Shown: positions 24,976-37,345 of the stretch, piece after piece
How the letters are laid out: every line of letters begins with the position of its first letter
How positions within the stretch are numbered: position 1 is the first letter of the stretch
From: Octopus sinensis
Taxonomy: Eukaryota
Direction: 5' to 3'
Length of the DNA: 64,000 nucleotides
NCBI RefSeq assembly: GCF_006345805.1
Contig: NC_043005.1
Coordinates: 91,326,001 to 91,390,000 of the forward strand
The notes under the pieces: generated by a model
Seen by the model: the letters and a program-made list of their open reading frames with translations, nothing else
Databases searched by the model: none
What the model was told of the DNA's origin: nothing
Translations under genes and position numbers: made by a program

Positions 24976-27459
24976 ATGTGAGAGGATTTTTTTTTTTTTT
25001 TTTACAAAAAGCTTTTTTTTTCTCTATCTGAAGAAGTAAAAAAAAATGGATATTGATTTCTTAAGCATAAAGCGACGACACATTCATTGGAGAAGATTTA
25101 TATGATTGTGTGACGTCCATGCCTCTCTGAAGGACATCAGCAGCGAACGTGAAGAGAATTGACTTCAGTCATGAATCGAATCCTCGTCACAGCCTTTCTC
25201 CATGACACTTGCTTCGATGTTGACTGTGATTAATTAAATAAACATAATAATAATGATGATGATGATTATAATACTTTAGGTGGAGGCAAAGAAAGTAAGG
25301 TGTGTGATGAACTCTGTTAAACTTGTTTTCGTTTTGTCTGTATTTTTGACAATTTTTTTCTGGATATTTTATTTTGAGAGCCTTAAGAAATTTTAGCTGA
25401 CAAGGGTGGGTCTTTCCCTCTACCCAATTTTTTTTTTCTAGTTTCGCGATCTTTTATTAACATGTGTCTTATGTGAATAACAATTTATCGTTAATGCACT
25501 AGCTCGTGTTTTTTTGCTTGTTTTCTTTTATTTACCATAAATTTTTTAGAAGTTTGGTTCATCTTAATAATCTTTGAGGAACACCATTGTCAGCATCATA
25601 TTAAGCTATCTTTTGCAACCACGAAGAAAAGGTCGACTGGAAAACATTCTGTCTGCTTGCTGCCTTTCTTATTATGCATTCACATATTATGTTATGCCAT
25701 TCCTTTTCTAAAAGACCCTTTGGAAATAGATTCCTGGTTAATGACACAAAATTTTATCAATACCCTGACGTACGGTTTTCTGTTTTGATGGTTTGTCATC
25801 AGATACGTCGGTGGTGGTGGTGAAGTGGTTGTGGTTTATATCACAAATCACAATCTTGTTTCTAAGAGTTTTTATTCTATACAAATCGAGGTAGGTTAAC
25901 TGACTGAAACCATTTCACTTATACACTTGACATTCAGAATCATATATTCAGTTGTTTTCCTATGTTCTAAATAAGAAGAGGCAGTAAATAAGTGTTGGTG
26001 ATAGTGGGGAATTCTTAAAAATAGATTCCTTCAGGAAAGAAAATATTCCCTCCAGATGTGTCGATTTCTCTTTGAAAAATCTATAATTTTTGGTTTCTTG
26101 TAGTTTTCACATTTTTTTTTTTTTTTTCATAGTTTTCAGCTAGAAGGTTAATGAGTGCTTCCATACCTATATAAAGAAAAAGCAACCCACTCCAAACATT
26201 CTTACAGACCCACTTATATGACTTGCTATAGCCTTTTACTTCATTCACTTTTATTTCAATTTATGATTATTTTTTTCCTACATTTTCATAAGTTTAAGAT
26301 TGACATGGGGTGGATAATAACCATCACACATAGCCAAAATCAGAATGAGAACCTAGAATTTTACATTACCTGATTGACCAATATTATGATTTTTATCCTC
26401 AAGTCTATAATTAAATAGTTTTGTTACCTTTCCCAGACAAGTTTATGATGTTATTACAAGCAAACTAAACTATCAAAACTAATAGAACATGGCCATTTTT
26501 GTTTTTAGGGTAAAGAAGTAGTGATTGGGTAAAAATGATCAACTTTTCCACTTATACCCAAATACCTGATCTTATGTTCTATGATATAGAAATGATAAAT
26601 TGAAATTAATCTGATAGCTTGATTTTAAACTGTGCACTGTAAATTGACCTTTTTATCTTTTATTTACTTTAGTTATTTAGGTAACTATGTTTCCTGATTA
26701 CTGAAGACAGAGAAGCGTATTATTAATTTACTGGTTTTTGTCTGTCAGTTCTGGCTATTGTTGTTGAAAATTATAGTATCTTGATAGTAATTGACATTTT
26801 GGATTCATTCAGCTTTTACTACTGTTACTACAATGGACTCTTTTCTTGTAAACTAACTTGTTTACTGCCTCTCTACTTTGTACTATTCATATAGTTTGTA
26901 TTTCAATGACCTGCATCAGATATTTTATTTGATTCTTCTTTATCAAAAGTATTTCATGTGGAAGTCTTCTCCACCCTGTTTGCTCCTGCACAAATATTAA
27001 CCCAACTCTCAGACTTTCTTAGAAATAATGAACGTATAATATTTCATCTGGTTATTTGTCCTTAATTGCTCAATTCATGTAAAGCTCTGAATTGTGTTAT
27101 TATTTCATTTATTTTGCCAATTGCTCCTTTCAGAGACTGATTGTCTCGTATAGCTGTGGAATGTACATAAGGATTTGTGGTGAAGGATCCTGGTCAAATT
27201 AGGCTCAATCAACAGAACCTCCACATCGTTTTTTTTTTTTTGCTTGCTTTTACATATTGAGGCTGTATTTTACAGCAAAATGCTCTTCCTGTTGCCAACC
27301 CTTACTTGTGTTTGAAGTAAGGTATTTTTATTCTATTGATCTGTAAACATTGAGACTACAACACTCTGAGACATTGTTTACTGAAAATGTAAACTAGTAT
27401 CACTGTTTCTGATCAAACCGTATATCAGTTGAAGACATGTGGAAACAACACACACACAC

Positions 27460-27572
27460 AAAGTATTAATCAACACAAGCTATGGCTATATTAGATATTT
27501 TCTGAAAATGCCATGCAGTGGGATGGAACCCAAAACCTCATGGTTGCAAAATAAAATCCACAACCACACTTA
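27460..27572 (-). mobile_element. Decayed CORE-type SINE fragment
   Basis: gccatgcagtgggatggaacccaaaacctcatggttgc...caaccac resembles the reverse-complemented SINE head. Confidence 0.5.
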
Positions 27573-27799
27573 AATATTCTTTGATTAACTTTACAATGGT
27601 TTAAGTGTATTAAGGTGATAGTGTTGATACAAATGGCATTGACTTGATGCTTTGTGTTGTCTTGTCTAGATTTTCATTGTTCTGAGATCAATCAAATCTT
27701 GCTTAAGTCAACCTTGTCTTTCATCTTTTTAGGTAGGATCAATAAATAAAAATATGTACTTGTAATATACTTAAAATGAAAATTTCTTTTAAAAGATAG

Positions 27800-28400
27800 T
27801 ACTTAACTCTGTTATTAGCATTAAGCAGATGAAAGAAAATCTAGGTTGGATGCTGGTCTAGTTTGGGTAACAATCTCGAAGAACACAATCCTTATTCTCA
27901 ACTGTTTGGTCGATAGGCTTGCAGAAGTAAATTCTATTGGCCAAATACACAAAGTAGGTTTGAACTTAGAAACCCCTGAGCTTGTTGTCCAATACCATAT
28001 CCACTTCCTACCTGTAATATACTTAGCCATCTCATTAAGTTTACACTTTCCTGTTAAAATCCTCTCCTAAACCATTTTTTTTCTCCTAATGTCATTAATG
28101 TTCCTCTTGAATTTTTGTAATTTAACTCTTGCAGGGAAAGAATTTCAGGGGGAAAACATTTTTGGGAGAGAAGGACTGGTGTAGCGATTCATGCAAGACC
28201 TGGGTGAGGGCAGGGACAAAAGGGTGATTAGAGGAGAGATTTGAATGGATCAGGAAGGCTTGAGTGCAAGTGGTATGTGATAAGCCATCTCCAAGGAACA
28301 GGGGCCATTTTAATAACAGTATAAAAGGCAGAGATAGAAGACAGCATGGCTGTGAACTAGGGGTCAGAGTATGTCTATCAGTGACTTAATAACCAGTCAA
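27800..28400 (-). mobile_element. Ancient LINE fragment, probable APE endonuclease region
   Basis: ORF 27821-28030 contains IEFTSASLSTKQLRIRIVFFEI, resembling the LRIRxxFFxI segment of RTE-type APE domains. The extent is uncertain. Confidence 0.35.
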
Positions 28401-29066
28401 GCCCTTTTCTAGATATGGTCTAAGATATTTGTGTGTGTGCAGCAGCAACACTGATATGTGATAACAATATTCCTTTGTAAATCTCACCTAAACTTTGTAG
28501 ACTATCAATTATTCTATGTAAGATAGTTCTAGATATGACAAAAAGTGGTTTGCACACGTGGATATAATTTTTTTTTATTTTACTAGAATATATTTTTCAC
28601 ATATTTTAACCTTTGTATGAAATGTAATGTCTTATGAGAAAGAGTACTGTAAGGAGAAAAGGAAAGAATCACATAATGTCTTGTAAATAACTTTATGACT
28701 TTCAACAAACTGTTATTATGGGAAAACTTCTAGTTCCACTTGCTCCTCTGCAATATCTGTCGACTTTCTAAATGTTTTATGTGTATGGGTGTGTGTGTGT
28801 ACACAGACCCACACTTTATCAACAACTGTCTTCTCTGAATGTACTTACCCTTTGGAGTAAGTTTTCATCACCTCACATAGTTGTCTTATTTTGACTAGAT
28901 ATTATCATCATTGTTTTTAAACATCCCAGATAATATTTCCCCATGCCCAGACATGCTTTTGCAGAATATTGAAAATAAATGACGTTCATTTACAACAATT
29001 ATGTAATGTCAAGACAAGAAGAGAGACACGCATGCATGCATGCATGTACATAACAGATTTCTTTTA

Positions 29067-29256
29067 GTTTCTTATTTCTTTACTGCCCACAAGGGGCTAC
29101 ACACAGAGGGGACAAACAAGGACAGACAAACGGATTAAGTCGATTATAACAACCCCAGTGCGTAACTGGTACTTATTTAATCGACCCCAAAAGAATGAAA
29201 GGCAAAGTCGACCTCGGCGGAATCTGAACTCAGAACGTAGCGGCAGACGAAGTACC
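29067..29256 (-). mobile_element. Meta-type SINE, 5'-truncated
   Basis: Near-identical to 13285-13470. Confidence 0.85.
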
Positions 29257-29337
29257 TTACTAAGGTCAACTTTGCTGTTCATCCTTTGTGGTTGTGGGGG
29301 AGGATGATAAAAAAAACAAACTTCAGTCTAGAACTTT

Positions 29338-31700
29338 CATCATCATTATCTTCATTTAACGTCCATCTTCCATGCATGTATGGATAGGACTGTTGACAGG
29401 AGCCGGCCAAGTTGATGTTTTGGCAGGGATTTTACAACTGGATGCCCTTCCTAACACCAACCACTCCACAGAGTGAACTCAGTGCTTTTTATGTGGTGAA
29501 ATTAGTTTTGGCATGATTTTTACAGTTGGATGCCCTTTCAAACACCAACCACGTTACAGTGTGGACTGGATGCTTTTAACAGGGCACCAGTACTGGCAGA
29601 GTCACCAAGTAACTTGCAAGACAAGGAATTATGAGAGAGGTAAAGGTACTTGAGGAAGGGAACTTGTGACAGAAGATGAAAGGCTAGAATGAGACAAAGA
29701 GACAGAAGCAGGTATCTTGTCACAACAGAGGTGATCCAGTATCAGATGAAGAATGAGACAGAGAAATAGAGAGGTGCCTTGTTATAGAGGAGGAACATGG
29801 TTACCCAGTGAGAGAGTGAGAGAGAGAGAGTGAGTGAAAGAAAGAAAGAAGCCAGAAACAAGTGTGTTGATGTAAAGGAGATACTTGGTTACCTAGTCAG
29901 AGGAAAAACAAGGAGAGAGAGAGAGAGTAGAAAGTAGTAAAAAGTGTAAGAGAGAGCAGAAGAGAGATGGTGTAGTGGTAGGGTCTACTCACAAGTAACC
30001 AGGGTCTGAGCATAGAACCGGGTTACAAAAATAGGGTATGGGTGGGTTTAGAGCTATACAGTGAGCAGGGCATCCAAGTCAAGAAAGGGGATTGGAAAAC
30101 AATCATAGTTTATGAAGAGGAAATGTGAATAAGAGAAAGCTACAGTTTAGAAGAAGAGATGTAGTTTGGCTTCTTAGGGTAGAATGGGTGAAAAGTGGGT
30201 GAACACAACTCTTCTAGCACTCAGTTTTGTGGATGGGTCTTCTCTAGAACTTCATATTGCCAAACATCTCAGTCTATTGTCATTTCCTCTGTGAGCCCCA
30301 ATGTCCTAAGATCGGTCCTCATCACTTAATCCCATATCTTCCTGGGTCTCCCTTTTCCACAGGTACCATCCACTTTCAATGACAAGCACTTCTGTATACA
30401 GCTGTCTTCACTCATATATATCACATGCCCAAACCAATGCATTCTCCTCTCCTGCATACCATATTTAACCCCTCTTATGCCTAACATTATTCTTTGTTGG
30501 TCGTGCACACTGATGTTGCAAATCCAATGGAGCATACCACCTTCATTTCTCTTAAGTCGGTGCATGTTCTCAGCAGTCAGAGCCCATGTCTCACTACCAT
30601 GTAACATAGCTGTTCTCACACAAGTATCATACAATCTACCTTTTATTCTGAGAGAGAGTCCTTTTGCTGCCAACAGAGGTAGTAGCTCTCTGAACTTCCT
30701 CCATCCTATTCTCATTCTAGAAACAATACTTAGTACTTATTGTTCCTCTGCATCTGCCACACGAACGCGACCTTATCTGATAACCTACCAACAATTCTAC
30801 TGCATCTCTTATGCATTCATAGCTTATACTTGGTGCAACAAATGGAATTACATTATCTTGGCAGTGATACCTAACGGTCCAAGTGCTTTCCTCATTTTCT
30901 TAATAATGTTATCTATTATGCTGCTATCCACTCTGATGGCTGGTTCCTAAATTGGTTCAATATTTGAAAGACTCCTTCTCCCAATCATTCTCCACACTTA
31001 ACAACCACTCATAATGGCATCTCCACGCTTCTTTCTTCTCTGAGTCACTAACCACAAGCATACCATCATCCATTCGCACACATTTCTCACCTACCACATC
31101 TCTATTCTCTCTGATACACTGATTTGCAATCCTAAACACCTCATGCTGTATAACATTGGCAAACTTCTTACCTTTTGCTATTCCTTTCGCTTTGTAAACC
31201 GGTTGTCTAGCCTCCCTTCTGGCTCTTTGATTTGCTTCCACCATTCTTCCAGTCTTTCCAGGCTTATCTCTTTGCTTTTATAGCCCAGTCCACCTCCTTG
31301 TTCTGCCATCAAGTCACCCTTAGCCTAGCTGGGACTTTGCACCAACCACAGATTTGGTCAGTGGCACCCAGTAAATTGTTCCACAGGAACTTCCAGTTGT
31401 CCTCTAAGCTATATGTCCTCATCCTTCTCTCTATCATCAGAGGCTTCCAGTAGAATGTCTCTAAACCTTTGTTGGTTTACTGTGTCGTCTTCTTTTCCAG
31501 TGTGGTTTATATCTTTGAGTCTTTCTAGCCTTAATTCTGAAGTCACTAACTAGTAGCCTATGTTGGGGTGTACACTCGTCACCTGGAAAAGATTTCACAT
31601 TTATGAGCATCAGCCTGTCTCGTTGCCTGGTGAGGAGGTAATCAACCTGGTTTATATTCCCACCAGACTGATAAGTAATTAGGTGGCTGGCTGGCTTTTT
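29338..31700 (-). mobile_element. Decayed RTE LINE(s): APE end, linker, RT core deleted, C-terminus and 3' UTR
   Basis: TPQHRLLVSDFRI-like APE end (about 31530-31570), ENRDVVGEKCVR linker (30957-31244), PHD remnant near 30800-30850, WRKFRELLPLL...LYDTCVRTAMLHGSETW (30326-30715), (CAT)n tail at 29338. May be more than one insertion. Confidence 0.8.
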
Positions 31701-32380
31701 AAAGTTAGTGTTTCAGATCATGAGATCATTTGCATCACAGAACTTTGGGTTGGTAGAACAGTAAAAACATTGGACTGGATGCCTCATAGTGTTTGGTCTA
31801 GCTCTTTCTCTTCTGAGTTCAAATCCCATCCTGACCTAGTTAAATTGTGTAGATTTAATCCATTACCTGGTTTAATACCACGACTTGACACTTTGGAAAC
31901 CCTTAGAGGAGTCTATTTTGTTGCAAGTATTTGGGCCAAATCCCTGGTTTGAAGATAACAACCTGCCTTCTACTGGAGGCCCTGTAAAGTATCACAGGTA
32001 CTGACCTCCTCTCCTGACTAATAGATAAAAAGAAAATTGAGGAGTGGAAACTAGTTAATTCATGTGGAATTTGAACTTATAACTGAGAGAGATAAAACTA
32101 AATTCTCTAATGCACTTAACCTTTTTGATACAAATTTGTCTGAGACTACCTCTAACTTTTAAAGTTTTCTATCATAATTTTATGTAACAGCTACCCATTG
32201 AGTTCCAGACACCAGTTTAATAATGAGAAGGTCACTTGTTTTACTAAATCCTTCCAAAATTTTGATCATTTTCAAAATCAATTGAAACTCATTGGTAGTG
32301 TGTCTCATTAGAAATATGATAACGAAACTCTTCTTTTCCAACCAACTCCATCGATTTAGATTAAATTTTTCTATCATATA

Positions 32381-34130
32381 TCATCATCATCATTTAACGT
32401 CCGCTTTCCATGCTAGCATGGGTTGGACGATTTGACTGAGGACTGGCGAACCAGATGGCTGCACCAGGCTCCAATCTGATCTGGCAGAGTTTCTACAGCT
32501 GGATGCCCTTCCTAACACCAACCACTCCGAGAGTGTAGTGGGTGCTTTTACGTGCCACCAGCACAAGGGCCACTCAGGCAGTACTAGCACAACGGCTATG
32601 CTCAAATGGTGTTTTTTACATGCCACCTGCACAGGAGCCAGTCCAGCGGCACTGGCAACGACCTTGCTTAAATGTTTTTTCACATGCCAGTAAGGGGACA
32701 CTGGTAACAATCACGCTCAAATGGTGCTTTTTACGTGCCACCAGCATGGAAGCCAGTCAGCTGCTCTGGCATTGATCACACTTGGATGGTGCTCTTAGCG
32801 TTCCACTAGCACGGATGCCAGTCATTGAATTTGATTTCGATTTCAATTTCACTTGCCTCAACAGGTCTTTGCAAGCAGAGTTTAGTGTCCAATGAAGGAA
32901 CAGTATGCATAAGTGGGCTGGTTACACCCCTGGCATAGGCCACAGGTTATGGTCTCACTAAGCTTGCCAGGTCTTCTCAAGCACAGCATATTTCCAAAGG
33001 TCTCAGTTGCTAGTCATTGCCTGGGTGAGGCCTAATGTTCGAAGGTCGTGCATCACCACCTCATCCCAGGTCTTCCTGGGTCTACCTCTTCCACAGGTTC
33101 CCTCAGCGGCTAGGGTGTGGCACTTTTTCACACAGCTATCCTCGTCCATTCTCGCCACATGACCATACCAGCGCAGTCATCTCTCTTGCACTCCACATCT
33201 GATGCTTCTTAGGTCCAACTTTTCTCTCAAGGTACTTACACTCTGTCAAGTATGCACACTGACATTATGCATCCATTGGAGCATACTTGCTTCATTCCTT
33301 GCAAGCTTACACGTGTCCTTAGCAGACACAGCCCATGTTTCAGTGCCATGCAGCATGGCTGTTTGTACACATGTATCATACAGTCTACCTTTTACTCTGA
33401 GTGAGAGGCCTTTTGTCACCAGCAGAGGTAAGAGCTCTCTGAACCTTGCCCAGGTTATTCTTATTCTAGCAGCTACACTTTCAGCGCACCCTCCCCCACT
33501 ACTGACTTGGTCACCCAGGTAACAGAAGCTATCAACTACTAGTTTTTCTCTCTGGAATGTGGCGGAATCTCTGAACATTTTCAGTGTTTATTGCTCCTGA
33601 GCATCTGCTACATACAAAAACTATCTTCCCTGTTAGCCATCCTTTGATATTGCTGCACCTCTTATGTGTCCATAGCTTACACTGGGTACATCTTATAGAG
33701 TTTCTACCTACGCCTATTCTACAGATCAAGCAGGGCCATCTACCTGAAGGGATTTGTGATTTGTCTGCCTTCCTACTTATTACGACTTTGGTTTTAGCTA
33801 GGTTGACTCTAAGGCCCTTCGATTCTAATCCTTGTTTCCACTCCTGAAACTTCTTCTCTAGTTCTGAAAGTGACTCAGCAATTAGAGCAAGGTCGTTAGC
33901 ATAGAAGAGCTCCCAGGGGCATCCTTTTTTGAATTCCTCTGTTATTGCCTGGAGGACTATGATTAATAGTAGGGGGCTGAGGACTGAACCTTGGTGGACC
34001 CCTACCTCTATCCAGAATTCTTCACTGTACTCGTTGTCAACCCTCACCTTACTGACAGTGTCCCTGTACATGGCTTGCACAGCTCTCACTAACCATTCAT
34101 CTATCCCTAGTTTCCTGACACACTTATATA
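32381..34130 (-). mobile_element. RTE LINE, 5'-truncated: RT motifs, PHD finger, C-terminus, 3' UTR
   Basis: GVHQGSVLSPLL and FYANDL (YADD position), PHD at 33601-33732, a frameshift, then CYLGDQV...RFRELLPLL; modular 3' UTR and (CAT)n tail. Confidence 0.93.
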
Positions 34131-34155
34131 CATCCATTCATACATATATATATAT

Positions 34156-34457
34156 CACCACCATGACCGACCAGGCTATCAGATGTTGCTACACATCGCT
34201 GGTCACAATGCGCTTCGCATTGTTTTAGTTTTCAAATGATGCCACCCCGCTGGCTAAGCAAGCAGGCCAACAGAAGAAAGAGTGAGAGAAAGTCGTGGTG
34301 AAAGATTACAGCTGGGATCGCCACCACCCCCTGCCGGAGCCTCGTGGAGCTTTAGGTGTTTTCACTCAATAAACAATCACAACGCCCGGTTTGGGAATCA
34401 AAACCGCGATCCTACGACCGCGAGTCCACTGCCCTAACCACTGGGCCATTGCGCCTC
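34156..34457 (-). mobile_element. tRNA-derived SINE (third family; resembles octopus OR-type SINEs)
   Basis: Reverse complement begins GAGGCGCAATGGCCCAGTGGTTAGGGCAGTGGACTCGCGGTCGTAGGATCGCGGTTTTGATTCCC (A-box and B-box-like head) followed by a non-tRNA body. The family name is from recall, not a search. Confidence 0.8.
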
Positions 34458-34814
34458 TATATATATATATATATATATATATAATTATACACATACACAC
34501 ACACACACACACAAACTCTGAAATTGAAAATGAAATTGTTTTCTTACATATTTATTATGATTGATTAATGAACATATTTTTATCAAATCAAGATTGGAAG
34601 TTTGCTCAAAATATATCTGACATTGATGTGTACACAGATCTCACATGCATTCTTTTATTGTTTATAGATCAAAATTTATAAGTACTGTTGCCTGAGAGGA
34701 GTGTTATACTAGACGTTATAATGAGCAATCTTTTGAAATAGAAGTCAGCAAGCTAAATTCTCTGCAGTGTTCAGTTTGTTACTGTATCAGCTAATCTCTT
34801 TTAACTCTTTACTA

Positions 34815-35650
34815 ACTATCTGGTCATTAAGAATGAAATGTCTGATTTTGAACTGAAAGTTTATTTTACTTTATCTCAACAAAAAGCAATGCAGTTAATC
34901 AAATTATACACATAAATTATCAACACAATTTTGCCATTCTATCAGTAGCTTATTTATGCCAGCAGCAAAGAATTCTGAAGAGCAAAATGTGATGAAATCA
35001 CAAAAAGCTCTTTTTGAATCTTCACATTTGAAGTGTTTTCCTTGCAAAAAGTTGTCTAATGCCTGGAAAATGTGATAGTCAGTTGGTGTCAGGTCTGGTG
35101 AATTTGGTGGATGACAGAGTACTTCCAAGTTCACTTCCTGTAACTCGGGTAGCAATCTTTGTGCAACATGTGGTCAAGGATTGTCCTGTCTCTTTTTACC
35201 AATCTTGGTTGTTTAGTTGCAAGTTCATCCAATTGGTTGATGTATACATCTGCTGTAGTTGACTTATCAGGTCTCATGAAGCTGTAGTGGATGACACCAG
35301 CACTAGACCACCAGACACCATTAGCTTTTTTTAGTGAATATTCTTTTTTGGATTGTGTTTTGGCACTTTGTATCCAACCACCATGCAGAACGCTTGCTGT
35401 TGTTGAAAAGAATCCATTTTTCATCACATGCAAAAAATGGTTCTCTTTTATGCCATAATAACAAAGCACAGCAAGTTTCAAGACAACATGTCATTTGGTG
35501 CTTGTTCTGTTCGTGTGGTACCCACTTGTCCCACTTCTTTACCTTGCCGATTTTGTTTCAGTTGGAATCAAAACATCAAACCCTGCTGCTAACTCATGCA
35601 TAGTTTGAGATGTATCCACTTCTGCTACAGTTTCCAGCTCATTGTTATCC
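34815..35650 (-). mobile_element. mariner relic, Hsmar1/SETMAR-like transposase fragments
   Basis: VWWSSAGVIHYSFM and HPPNSPDLTPTDYHIFQALDNFLQGKHF...GINKLLIEWQNCVD; frameshifted and internally deleted. Confidence 0.88.
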
Positions 35651-36287
35651 ACTTTGGTCTGAGATCTACTAGGGGGATTTTGGTGTGTATATACTAAAGT
35701 GTTTAAGAATAAGTACCTGTTTGGTTTTGGCTAAAAATGTAAGATTTTGTTTAAAGACAATTTACTTTTTATTGAAAGATCAGTTAAAAATGAAAGGGAA
35801 TAGCTGAAACAAAATGCATATCAGTCAAACCAGTAATGCATTGATGCATCCAACTGTATGCTCACTAGCAAACTTAATACCAAAGGCATATTCTTCTGCT
35901 GTGAAAGATCATCTTGAATATTAGATTAGGTCAGTTATTGCACTGAAAATATTGAAGGCTACAGAGTTATAGAAAAATGATTTTATACAAATGTCTAGTA
36001 GAATGAGAAAAATTGTGTCTTATTAGCATTTTTTTTTTCTGTGTGGAAGCCAAACAAGTCTCTCTGGGCTTGCACTTTGACTTGTGTATGGTTTCTTTCC
36101 TCTTTTTAAGCTGATGCCTCTTCCTGTTGGGACAATACTTATTTTCATTTAGGCTTTCTAAAACCATCATTACTCTGTGTTTTGCTTAAAGGTACTTATT
36201 TCAACTTGTGTTCTTGTAGTCAATAGTCCAGAACTGCCTTATAGTCACTGTTTTTTAAACAGATTGGATGGTGCTTTTTACATGCTT

Positions 36288-36410
36288 CTGTGAGACCCAA
36301 CATTCGAAGGTCATGCTTGACCACCTCATCCCATGTCTTCCTGGGTCTACCTCTACCCCAGATTCCTTCAGCTGTTTGGGAGTGGCACTTCTTCACACAT
36401 CTCTCCTCAT
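36288..36410 (-). mobile_element. RTE LINE ORF2 C-terminal fragment
   Basis: Reverse complement encodes a GRPRKTWDEVVKHDLRML-like peptide, as in 45388-45858. Confidence 0.8.
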
Positions 36411-36808
36411 AAAAGTTAAATTATTTTTCTTGATCCTTTAAAAATGTATTCAAATGCGCTATTTTGAAGCTTGTGGCTAGCAGATTGTAGCAAAAGTCAC
36501 CTCACTCTGTTCTTGGGACTGTATTCATATCTACTGCAGGTATTTTGCTGCTTTTAAACTAATCATTTAATTCTTCAAACTTTAGTTCATGTAGCTACTG
36601 TGAGTATATGCAGCAGACCTTTAAGGAGTATTACTTGCAATTGACTGCTGTTTATTGAGAGGTTTGTCTTGTCTGCTTGATGTTACTTAATCTGAAAATG
36701 ACCACTAACATTATGAGCCGTTGTGGAACATAGAGAGAGCATTAGCAATTGCCAGGCTCTGCATTTTTCCTTTTTGTGCTTTAAAGTTGAACAGGGTGTG
36801 ATTTCATT

Positions 36809-37345
36809 ACCGTTTAACGTCTGCTTTCCATGCTAGCATGGGTTGGACGATTTTGACTGAGGGCTGGCAAGCCAGACAGCCGCACCAGGCTCCAATCTTG
36901 ATCTGGCAGAGTTTCTACAGCTGGTTGCCCTTCCTAACGCCAACCGCTCCGAGAGTGTAGTGAGTGCTTTTTACGTGCCACCAGCATGGGGCCAGTCAGG
37001 CGGTACTGGCAATGACCTCGCTCGAATCTCTTTACACATGTCACTGGCACAGGTGCCAGTAAGGCGACTTTGGTAATGATCACGCTCAAATGGTGCCCTT
37101 TTACGTGCCACTGGCACGAAACCAGTTGGCTGCTCTGGCAACGATCACCCTCGGATGGTGCTCTTGGCACCCTACTAGCACGGGCACAAGTGCCAGTAAG
37201 GTGACGCTGGTAACGATCACACTCGAATGGTGCCCTTTTATGTGCCACTGGCATGGAAGCCGGTTAGCCACTCTGTCAACGATCACACTTGTATGGTGCT
37301 CTTTGCACCCCGCTAGCATGGATGCCAGTCGTCGAATTTGATGTT
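36809..37345 (-). mobile_element. RTE LINE 3' UTR with several modules
   Basis: CCATGCTAGCATGG plus repeated ttttacgtgccac modules. Confidence 0.88.

Noticed and set aside
25765-25810. Minus-strand CTGATGA...GAAA flanked by a 7-bp potential stem I
   Set aside because: There is no stem II pairing and no U16.1; probably chance.
26672-26679. AG|TTATTTAG|gtaact 8-nt microexon-like signal
   Set aside because: Frameshifting length and a weaker donor; expected by chance in T-rich intron sequence.
34390-34457. tRNA-like sequence on the minus strand
   Set aside because: It is the head of a SINE that continues into a repeat body; the cloverleaf and B-box are imperfect, so it is not called as a tRNA gene.
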